From NCBI GenBank assembly GCA_965214935.1, contig CBDCCS010000021.1, positions 288,001-352,000 of the forward strand: a stretch of 64,000 bases of DNA. The letters run 5' to 3'. A program made the translations under genes and the position numbers. Source of the DNA: Candidatus Velthaea sp. Lineage in GTDB: Bacteria; Vulcanimicrobiota; Vulcanimicrobiia; Vulcanimicrobiales; Vulcanimicrobiaceae. The notes under the pieces are model-generated. The model did not search any database. It worked only from the letters and a program-made list of their open reading frames with translations, and was not told the DNA's origin. Positions 56,580-64,000 of this stretch are shown piece by piece (position 1 is the first letter of the stretch; every line of letters starts with the position of its first letter).

Positions 56580-57371
56580 TCAGCCGGCCTTTCGTTGTCC
56601 GAAGAAGCGACCGAAGATACTCGGCGCCGATAACGTGCTGAACGGCACGGCCTGCCCCGCGAGACGACGCGCGATTTTCGCGTAGATGTCGCTTAAACGC
56701 GAATCGGAGCCCAGTACGACCGGTTCGCCGCGATTCGTGGCGTCGATGATGTCTTCATCGTCGGGGATGATGCCGAGCAACTCGACGTTGAGGATGTCGA
56801 CGACGTCGTCGACGGACATCATGTCGCCGCTGCGCACCATCTCCGGCCGGATTCGATTGACGATGAGCCGGATCGGCAAGCCGCGTTCTTTGAGCTTTCC
56901 GATCACGCGGTCCGCATCGCGAATGGCACTTACTTCGGGCGTCGTTATGACGATGGCTTCGGCCGCACCGGCGACGGCATTGCGAAAGCCGTGCTCGATG
57001 CCGGCCGGGCAATCGATGAGAACGTAATCGCACAGCTCGGTCAAGCCGTCGATGACGCCGGCGAATTGAGCTTCGCTCACCGCTGTTTTGTCGCGTGTTT
57101 GGGCAGCCGGCAAGATCGAAAGCGAGGTAAAGCGCTTGTCTTTGATGAGTGCCTGGCGCAGCTGACAGCGTCCTTCGACGACTTCGACCAAGTCGAACAC
57201 GATACGCTTTTCGAGCCCTAAAACCAGATCGAGATTGCGTAATCCGATGTCGGCATCGACAAGGACGACGCGCTGCTGCGCTTTGGCCAGCGCCGCCCCG
57301 AGGTTTGCCGTCGTCGTCGTCTTACCGACGCCGCCTTTACCGGATGTGAGGACGATGCGCCGGGCGCTCAT
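56580..57371 (-). CDS. minD: Septum site-determining ATPase MinD, copy 1
   Basis: TSGKGGVGKTT, DADIGLRNLD, DCPAGIE and RDADR motifs; C-terminal IFGRFFG membrane helix. Confidence 0.93.
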   Translation of the reverse strand: MSARRIVLTSGKGGVGKTTTTANLGAALAKAQQRVVLVDADIGLRNLDLVLGLEKRIVFDLVEVVEGRCQLRQALIKDKRFTSLSILPAAQTRDKTAVSEAQFAGVIDGLTELCDYVLIDCPAGIEHGFRNAVAGAAEAIVITTPEVSAIRDADRVIGKLKERGLPIRLIVNRIRPEMVRSGDMMSVDDVVDILNVELLGIIPDDEDIIDATNRGEPVVLGSDSRLSDIYAKIARRLAGQAVPFSTLSAPSIFGRFFGQRKAG

Positions 57372-58243
57372 GCATGAACCTCGCGGCGACCGAGATCGGC
57401 CGCTCCGTGCGCAACGATGGTGATCCGCTCGTTTAAGATATACGCATGACTGGGTCCGCCCGGCGTGCTGCCGGATTCGGGCGTCACGATCATCGTGGCA
57501 ATTCGCAATTGCGTCGGCAGTAATTCCAATGCGACGACTCGCGCACTGACGTCACCCTGTGCGCCGGCATGCGCGACGCCGCGCAGCGAACCGAAGACGA
57601 CAACGTCGCCGCTGGCAATGAGTTCGGCGCCCGGATTGACATCGCCGATGACGACGATGTTGCCCAAGTTGTGCAGCGTCTGTCCGCCGCGAAGCGTGCC
57701 GCGGTGATAGAGCGTTGCGATTCCCTCCGGGGCGCTTTGCGGTACTGCCGGGATGGTCACCCCGGCAGTCGCCGGCGCGCCGGGGCCGATCCGCCGTTCG
57801 TATCCGGCCGCTTCGCGCTCAGTGCGGCGGGCGGCCAAGTCGGCCCGCGCGCCGGCGAAATCGGCGATAAGCGACCGCGCGCCGTCGCTTAGCGTCCCGA
57901 CGCGTGCTTCACGCGCTTCGCGCAAGCGCGGCAGCGGCGCAACCGCATCGCTAACGGCGGCCGGTCCCAGAAACGGGACGTCGAGATTCGCGAGTAGCGG
58001 CGCTAACGCCGCGCGGCCGGAGACTCCGTCAAGTGCGATGCCGAATTCGGTGCACAGATCGCGCAGCGCAACAACATCGGTTTCCGTTGCGTCAAAAGAG
58101 CCGAGATCCGCGGTTGCACGGCTGCCTCGAAAAAAACCCGGTCGCGCTGCAAGCTGGGCTCGCAGTTCGGACTCGGCTTGCACTAAGGCGCGATCGACTG
58201 CAATCTCTAACGTTCGTCCGCGTCCGCGAATTGTACTCATCAT
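57368..58243 (-). CDS. minC: Septum site-determining protein MinC with long linker
   Basis: TLRGGQ, GDVNPGAE, G.V.VFGSLRG.AHAG and PTQLRIA C-terminal beta-helix motifs. Confidence 0.88.
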   Translation of the reverse strand: MMSTIRGRGRTLEIAVDRALVQAESELRAQLAARPGFFRGSRATADLGSFDATETDVVALRDLCTEFGIALDGVSGRAALAPLLANLDVPFLGPAAVSDAVAPLPRLREAREARVGTLSDGARSLIADFAGARADLAARRTEREAAGYERRIGPGAPATAGVTIPAVPQSAPEGIATLYHRGTLRGGQTLHNLGNIVVIGDVNPGAELIASGDVVVFGSLRGVAHAGAQGDVSARVVALELLPTQLRIATMIVTPESGSTPGGPSHAYILNERITIVAHGAADLGRREVHA

Positions 58244-58344
58244 GCGCCTTTCGTATCCCGCGCCGTTCGTTTTCTCCGCGCCGCTTTCCGGTACGCTTAG
58301 GCCGGCCCTTTGCGCTTTCACACCGCACTCACAGAAAAGTCCGC

Positions 58345-58353
58345 TTGTCCACA
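58345..58353 (+). promoter_or_regulatory. DnaA-box-like 9-mer TTGTCCACA in the minC / M48 divergent promoter region
   Basis: Matches the high-GC DnaA box variant; flanked by degenerate copies. Confidence 0.45.
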
Positions 58354-58510
58354 GGCCTTCCACCTTTTTCGCATCGCGCCGTCCGCTTGAATCCAACGGC
58401 ACGCTCCGAGCGTAGAATGATCGGGCGGCGGGCCGCGTCGAATACCCGTTTCCCGCGCGTTTGCCAAACCGTTTTTTGCGCTTCGAGCACTGCGCGGTTA
58501 TTGAAAGTTG

Positions 58511-60535
58511 ATGTTTATGCAGCTGCGCCGCTTCATGGGCTTTGCACTCAGTTTAACGCTCGTCTTTTCAGTCGTTCCGGCACCGGTCTATGCCGGGCTT
58601 TCAACGTCCCAGGAAGTCGAGCTCGGTAAAGAGACCGACAAACAAGTAACCGACTCGACCAACGTCGTCGGCGATCCGCTACTCAACGCTTGGGTAAACG
58701 GCGTAACCGGCAAGCTGTGGGCGCAAGTCGCGCGCAAAGACGTGCCATACAACATCAAAGTGCTGGACGTTGCCGATATCAACGCGTTCTCGACCCTCGG
58801 CGGTTACGTCTACGTCAATGAGGGCACGCTCGATTTCGTTCAATCCGATGACGAATTGGCCGGCGTGCTCGGTCATGAAACCGGACACATCGAACGTCGC
58901 CATGCCGTCACGTCGCAAAATAAAGCGAGCATCGTCAATCTGCTGCTGGGGGTGGGCTCGCTTTTTTCCCCGATCTTGTATCGCTTCGGACAAATAATCG
59001 AAGCCGGCGCGCTGGCCAAAATATCCCGCCTCGACGAAACGGAAGCCGACAAGTATGGCTTGATGCTCATGTCGCGTGCAGGTTATGACCCCGACGCGAT
59101 GGTCTCGTTCATGCAGCATCTCGGAGCCGTCGAAAACGAACATAACGGCTTACTCGATAAGTATTTGGCCGATCATCCCGGCGTTCCCAACCGCGTATCG
59201 CATCTGGTCGGCTACACCGAACTCGATCCCACCAAGCGGACGACGGATCAGCGTGAAGCCGCGGCGCTGCACAATCTCGATGAAGCTCGGTATGCGATTG
59301 CGGCGCGGGAATTCACTGGTCTTGTGAAACTCGATCCCAACGATACCGTTGCACAGTATCATCTCGGTGAAGCGGAGCTGGCCTTGGGCCAGACGTCGCG
59401 CGGCGAAGAGAATCTTGCCGATGCCGCCGCCAAGGGTACGCCGCAAACCCGCACGTTGGCGCTCAATCGCATCGCCGGCGCGCGCGACACCGAGAAGCGG
59501 CTGAATTTTCTGCATCCGAATTTACAGCCGCTGCGCGATGCAATGACGCAAGCGCAGAACGATCAAGTCGCCGCCGCTACGGCGATCGCGAGCCGCCGCG
59601 ATGCCGGCCGCGATCAGCTCAAAGCGATGTCGAGCCGAATCGAAAACATCGCGTACGAGTTGCCGGACTTCTCGCGCGTTCAAACCCGGCGCGGCAGCCG
59701 GCTCGATGCGATCATGCACAACCTGACCGGCATGAGCCGCTCGCTCGATACCGCCATCGGCAAAGCGCAAGAGACGATCGGCGGGGTCGGGACGCTCGAA
59801 CGCAATAAAGAAGGCGGCTTGTTGAAAGACAGCACCGATATCCTCAACGATCTCGCGGCTCCGCTGCGGTCGAATGCCCCGAGCCCGCAAGCGCTTTCAA
59901 CCTACGCCTACTATCCACGCATGCTCGCCAATGTGTCGGATGCCGACGGCGATATGGTGCGAGCCGTCGATGCGTCGCGCGCATCGTTGGCAATGCTTGA
60001 TGTCGGCTTGGGCGATCTGGATAAGTTCGTACGCGAACTCATGCGCGTCCAATTCGATATGACCGGTGACATCTCGATGATGGATTACAAACATCTCGAG
60101 CCGGCGATGACCACGGCAGCCGCTTCACTCAACCGGTCGGCAATTGCATCGTCGCAGGCAAACCAGCTCTTCATGATGGCCCGCTCGCGTCAATTGATGA
60201 CGCGCATCGACGCGTTGGGTTTGAGTTCGTCGGCGGACCGTTACGATACGTTGCGCGCCGCGCTCAACGATCGTTTTGCCAATGAAAGCCCCAGCTACGA
60301 TGAACTGCTGCATGCGAACCTCACGCCCGGTCAAGTTGCCGCCGCCTCGGTTGTCTCCGCCGACACGAATGTTTCGCCGGCCGTGATCGAGCAGGAAGCA
60401 CAGACCACGCATCGCTCGGTGATCGACATCGCCAACGAGCGCGGTATGCATGCCGAAGCCCTCGAGATCATGCTCGGACTCGTCTATATGGACTACGTCG
60501 ACGATCCGGAGAAGGAAGCCCGCGGAAAAACGTAA
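58511..60535 (+). CDS. M48-family metalloprotease with TPR-like and helical C-terminal extension
   Basis: Signal peptide, INAF, ELAGVLGHETGH (HEXXH), ETEAD, GYDP and DHP motifs. Confidence 0.85.
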   Translation: MFMQLRRFMGFALSLTLVFSVVPAPVYAGLSTSQEVELGKETDKQVTDSTNVVGDPLLNAWVNGVTGKLWAQVARKDVPYNIKVLDVADINAFSTLGGYVYVNEGTLDFVQSDDELAGVLGHETGHIERRHAVTSQNKASIVNLLLGVGSLFSPILYRFGQIIEAGALAKISRLDETEADKYGLMLMSRAGYDPDAMVSFMQHLGAVENEHNGLLDKYLADHPGVPNRVSHLVGYTELDPTKRTTDQREAAALHNLDEARYAIAAREFTGLVKLDPNDTVAQYHLGEAELALGQTSRGEENLADAAAKGTPQTRTLALNRIAGARDTEKRLNFLHPNLQPLRDAMTQAQNDQVAAATAIASRRDAGRDQLKAMSSRIENIAYELPDFSRVQTRRGSRLDAIMHNLTGMSRSLDTAIGKAQETIGGVGTLERNKEGGLLKDSTDILNDLAAPLRSNAPSPQALSTYAYYPRMLANVSDADGDMVRAVDASRASLAMLDVGLGDLDKFVRELMRVQFDMTGDISMMDYKHLEPAMTTAAASLNRSAIASSQANQLFMMARSRQLMTRIDALGLSSSADRYDTLRAALNDRFANESPSYDELLHANLTPGQVAAASVVSADTNVSPAVIEQEAQTTHRSVIDIANERGMHAEALEIMLGLVYMDYVDDPEKEARGKT

Positions 60536-60566
60536 CATCCGCCCGGCGTCGGGGTACGCGCATGGT

Positions 60567-61601
60567 ATGAACGAAATGCGCGCCTCGGTCATCGGTGCCG
60601 CTGAAGTCTTTCAGCGGCTGCGTGGCTCCATCAACGTCGGGGCCGTTCAGGCCGGAGCGCGCAAACCGTTCCGGTTCTTCCTCTGCGGCGACCCGGCGCT
60701 CATCGCCGGACTCCGCGCGTTGCTGCTCGACGGTCATGGAGCCGACGGTTTTATTCCCATCGATGCAGCGGCCGTGCTCGAAACGCTCGATTCGGGCGCC
60801 GGCCGCAAGGTCGACACCTCCGATGCCCGTTGCGTCATTTTCCTCGGCCGCCCGGGCGACCGGGCCGGAGCACGGCTCGATCTCGTGGCCGGACTGAATC
60901 TGCCCATTCTCGCATTGACCGTCGATCCGCTAGCGGTCGCCGGCGGACCGGCTGCGCCGCCGGCAGGCGGCCAGATTGAAGATTACGTCGTGCCGACGCT
61001 GACGCTCGATGCGTTGCAGGGTCGTTTTCTACCGCACCTCATCGATTGCTGTCGCGGTATCGAGATCGCGGTGGGCCGGCGGCTGCCGGCGCTGCGCGAA
61101 ACGGTTGCCGCGAAGCTCACCCGTGACGCTGCGCTCAACGCGCTCAAAGTCGCCGGCGCAAGCGCGGTCGTCGACCACATACCGTTGCTCGGTGTCGTCA
61201 TCGGCGCGTTCGCGTCGGCCGGCGACATGATGGCACTCACCGGCATTCAGATGATGCTGATGCTGCAGATCGGTGCAACGTACGGCAAAGATCCCGATCT
61301 CGCTCGCGTATGGGAACTGTTGCCGATCGTGGGCGGCGGCTTAGGCTGGCGGGCGTTGTCGCGCGAACTGGCGGGCTTCATCCCGGTCGCCGGCGTGTTC
61401 ATCAAGGCCGCGATTGCCTATGCTGGAACGGTCGTGGTCGGTGAAGGCGCGCGGGTCTACTTTCAATATGGCCGCCATATGAGCGCCGCCGACGGAACCA
61501 AGCTCTATGAAGATGCCAAGGCGTCGGCCTTGACGTTCGCGCGCGATACATTTGCCCGCCTTCGCCGTGGCGGCTCGGGCGATGGGCCCAGTGCCAACTA
61601 G
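60567..61601 (+). CDS. Hypothetical protein with DUF697/YcjF-like hydrophobic C-terminal domain
   Basis: D..ALTGIQ..M.LQIGATYG and R.L.R.L..FIP..G..IK..IAY pattern. Confidence 0.55.
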   Translation: MNEMRASVIGAAEVFQRLRGSINVGAVQAGARKPFRFFLCGDPALIAGLRALLLDGHGADGFIPIDAAAVLETLDSGAGRKVDTSDARCVIFLGRPGDRAGARLDLVAGLNLPILALTVDPLAVAGGPAAPPAGGQIEDYVVPTLTLDALQGRFLPHLIDCCRGIEIAVGRRLPALRETVAAKLTRDAALNALKVAGASAVVDHIPLLGVVIGAFASAGDMMALTGIQMMLMLQIGATYGKDPDLARVWELLPIVGGGLGWRALSRELAGFIPVAGVFIKAAIAYAGTVVVGEGARVYFQYGRHMSAADGTKLYEDAKASALTFARDTFARLRRGGSGDGPSAN

Positions 61602-61604
61602 CAG

Positions 61605-62360
61605 CTAGCCGGTCGCACCACGACCGAGGTGTTCGAGAAGCTCGTCGTCGCTCAGATGCGCGAACGATGCACGCAGGTTCGGTCGAATCCGCGCGGCGAT
61701 TTGCCCCGCCAAGCGCGTTCGGGCGGCCGGCTCGAGCTGGCGGCGGCGCGCAACATAGCGTTCGACCAGCTTGCGATCGGCGCTGCCGAGGCCGTCGTCG
61801 TCCGGGCGTTCGCGGGCGAACAAAGCTGCGATGGCGTCGGCGTCATACGGCTCATCGCGAACGACGATCGTGCCGGCCGCCATATCTCCCAGCCGTTTGT
61901 TTTGCGGTGACAATAGCGCCGCAGCGGCGGAAACGGCATAGAAACCTAACCCGAATTCGAGCACGCGGATGAGATTGCGAATGACGGCGGCGCCGACGTC
62001 GACGGGGAAGCCGGCGTCGCGCACCACGCGGATGCCGAGCGCTCGTTTTCCCGGCGTGCGGCCCGACCAGCATAACTCAAAAGCAATATAATAGCCGAAA
62101 TACACGATGAACAGGGCAAAGACGCCGGCCGCGCCTGCAACGGCTTGGACCGTCTTGCCAAGCGTCGCGGAAACGGGCGCTATTCTTAGAGCGGCGCTCA
62201 GCGGGCCGGCGGCAAACAGTAACGCAACGACGCCCGCCGCCGTGACGCCGAGTTGAATCGCAAAATCGAGGACGACGGCTAAGAACCGGCTGCCCAGTCC
62301 GGCAAGCTCGTACCGGATCCCGATGCTTTCACCCGTGCGGACATCAAGCGCGCGTTCCAC
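61605..62360 (-). CDS. RDD-family membrane protein
   Basis: AGLGSRFLAVVLD, GRTPGKRALGIRVV and RLGDMAAGTIVV motifs. Confidence 0.88.
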   Translation of the reverse strand: MERALDVRTGESIGIRYELAGLGSRFLAVVLDFAIQLGVTAAGVVALLFAAGPLSAALRIAPVSATLGKTVQAVAGAAGVFALFIVYFGYYIAFELCWSGRTPGKRALGIRVVRDAGFPVDVGAAVIRNLIRVLEFGLGFYAVSAAAALLSPQNKRLGDMAAGTIVVRDEPYDADAIAALFARERPDDDGLGSADRKLVERYVARRRQLEPAARTRLAGQIAARIRPNLRASFAHLSDDELLEHLGRGATG

Positions 62361-62411
62361 GCCGGAGCGTTCAGCCGGGGCCGCCGAAGCCCCCGCAGCG
62401 AACCGCGGGCA

Positions 62412-63395
62412 ATGCAAGAAAAGCGCTTCGTCATCACACGCAAGGCGCGCTGGGAGCGCCTTGAGGCGCGGCTAACCCGGGTCGACCGGCGCGGCGTCGG
62501 TTCGCTGCTCCCGGCGGAGATCGACGAGTTGGCGTTCGATTATCGCGCGGTTACCAGCGACCTTGCCATGGCCCGCGGGCGGTCCTACGACGAGCCGCTT
62601 ATCGGCTATTTGAATCGCTTAACCGCTCGCGCGCATGCATACGTCTATCTCGGCACCGGAACGAGCGGCTGGTCGGGGGTTTGGGAGTTCGTCCGATCGG
62701 GCTTTCCGGCTGAAGCCCGTCGCTCGTGGCTGCCGATCGCGATTTGTACGATCGTTACCGCCGTGTGCGCGATCGTTGCATACGGAGCGGTGACGGCGCA
62801 GCCGGCCAACGCTTATGCACTGCTGCCGTCCGCTCAGATTCCGCATATCACTCAACGTCTGCACGATTCGAATTTCGGTTTCGACCGGACCTTTGCGCCG
62901 TTGGCATCGTCCGAGATCATCACGAACAACATCCGCGTCGCCGCTATCGCATTTGCCGGCGGTATGACCGGCGGGATTCTAACGATTTGGATCATCGTGC
63001 AGAACGGCTTGATGTTGGGCGGACTCGGCGCATTGTTCGCACAAGCGACGTTCGGCCTGGACTTTTGGGCGACGATCGCACCGCATGGTGTGCTCGAACT
63101 TAGCGCGATTCAAATCGCGGGTGGTGCCGGCTTGTTATTGGCCGGCGCAATCGTTGCACCGGGCCGGATCCGTCGCATCGATGCACTGGTCGGCAATGCG
63201 CGCCGCGCCGCGACGCTCATTATCGGGACGGCAATGCTGCTCGTTGTTGCCGGAACGATCGAAGGCTTTGTTTCGCCTCAACGGCTGGACGTCGCCGTCC
63301 GCATAACGGTCGGCGCCGTCAGCGGTTTGGCATTGCTGGCGTATCTTGCCTTTGCCGGACGACGGGCAGCGGGCAGTCCGGGCCGCAAGCTGTAA
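62412..63395 (+). CDS. Stage II sporulation protein M (DUF95)-family membrane protein
   Basis: WERLE, YR.VTSDLA, NNIRVA, NGLMLG, PHGVLEL and AGTIEGFVSP motifs. Confidence 0.88.
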   Translation: MQEKRFVITRKARWERLEARLTRVDRRGVGSLLPAEIDELAFDYRAVTSDLAMARGRSYDEPLIGYLNRLTARAHAYVYLGTGTSGWSGVWEFVRSGFPAEARRSWLPIAICTIVTAVCAIVAYGAVTAQPANAYALLPSAQIPHITQRLHDSNFGFDRTFAPLASSEIITNNIRVAAIAFAGGMTGGILTIWIIVQNGLMLGGLGALFAQATFGLDFWATIAPHGVLELSAIQIAGGAGLLLAGAIVAPGRIRRIDALVGNARRAATLIIGTAMLLVVAGTIEGFVSPQRLDVAVRITVGAVSGLALLAYLAFAGRRAAGSPGRKL

Positions 63396-63544
63396 ATTTC
63401 ACGTTTTGCTTTGCCTCTCTACGTGCGGCGCAGCCGCCGGGTGCCGTAAACGGATACGACTAGCGTATTGCTTGCCTTGCCATTGCTTGCGTTCAGCGAA
63501 GTGTAAGGCCGAGGAGCAGCGCACGTGTACGAAGGTACGGCAAT

Positions 63545-64000
63545 TTGACCGACACTGCGGCCCTCGAAGTCAGCCCAAGTCTGCTCGATGAACCGGCCAC
63601 TATCCGTGACCGGCGAATTTCGAGCGCGCTGATCGCCCTGCTCGTGGTTGCCACCGTCGCGGCATCGCCGTTTCACGGTCAGGTGTTGCGCGTACCGGCC
63701 TTCATCCCGGCGTTCGCCGGCATTACCGGCACGGCGGACGCCATCGCCGCCGCGATGCTGCTCCGCCTGTATCGCGTCGATGGAACGCCGGTGCTGCTTG
63801 CGATGGCCGCGGCTTATGCCCTTAACGCTTTCCTGATCGTGCCGTACACCCTCACGTTTCCAGGTGTTATCGACGCACGCGGTTTTCTCGGCAACGAGCA
63901 AAGCGCTGCCTGGCTCTGGACGCTCTGGCACGCCAGCTTCCCGTTGCTGATTTTCGTCGGCGTTCGCAGCCGGCAGGCGCCGTCGCCGCACCGGCTTCAG
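63545..64000 (+). CDS. MASE4 membrane-sensor-domain protein, 3'-truncated by the window edge
   Basis: Manual translation from TTG 63545 (AAGG RBS) is open to the end: ...PAFIPAF...ADAIAAAML...LTFPG...AAWLWTLWHASFP. Not in the supplied ORF track. Confidence 0.75.
   Translation, partial: MTDTAALEVSPSLLDEPATIRDRRISSALIALLVVATVAASPFHGQVLRVPAFIPAFAGITGTADAIAAAMLLRLYRVDGTPVLLAMAAAYALNAFLIVPYTLTFPGVIDARGFLGNEQSAAWLWTLWHASFPLLIFVGVRSRQAPSPHRLQ

Noticed and set aside
57790..58262. GYERR-coding similarity between the minC linker and its upstream region
   Set aside because: Only about 9 bp are identical (TTCGTATCC); compatible with chance.
63588..63632. ATG 63588 as the start of the MASE4 gene, implying a frameshift
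   Set aside because: That frame stops after 14 codons; the MASE4 frame is open from TTG 63545, so no frameshift is needed.
1..64000. CRISPR arrays, rRNA/tRNA genes, transposases, integrases or prophage genes
   Set aside because: No regularly spaced repeats, RNA-gene signatures or mobile-element motifs seen by eye; a covariance-model scan was not possible.

Overview
A GC-rich (about 60-65% by eye) bacterial chromosomal segment. I saw no rRNA, tRNA, CRISPR array or IS element. Gene content (DUF5069, tandem M13 peptidases, MASE4 sensor, Gram-positive-type SOS box, minCDE-rodA-rne order) suggests a Terrabacteria lineage such as Eremiobacterota/Vulcanimicrobiota; this is inference only. (1) 1-26.5 kb is a nucleobase-catabolism supercluster: pyrimidine ABC uptake, reductive pyrimidine degradation (preT-preA-hydA-beta-ureidopropionase, interrupted by an ATL-type alkyltransferase-like gene and a variant clpS), a xanthine dehydrogenase-family pair, 8-oxoguanine deaminase, uraD-puuD-uraH, and puuE-adenine deaminase-allantoate amidohydrolase-GGCT-like genes. 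It is interrupted by a methyltransferase, two M13 peptidases and a low-GC nuclease-fold/PIN gene pair. (2) 26.5-43 kb holds metabolic and stress genes, a LexA-box-controlled dnaE2, an Mre11/Rad50-like pair and an orphan photoactive-yellow-protein homologue. (3) 43-64 kb is a cell-division/envelope region: ftsEX-(REC-GGDEF)-M23-two S41 proteases, rne, rodA, minC-minD-minD-minE, an M48 protease, an RDD/SpoIIM pair and a partial MASE4 gene. The most unusual signals are two divergent genes whose predicted ATC start codons overlap, with reciprocal Shine-Dalgarno sites; tandem intact minD paralogues; a diguanylate cyclase inside the ftsEX operon; the low-GC nuclease+PIN cassette; the orphan PYP; and a recurrent GAAC-N8-start motif at leader-less operon heads.
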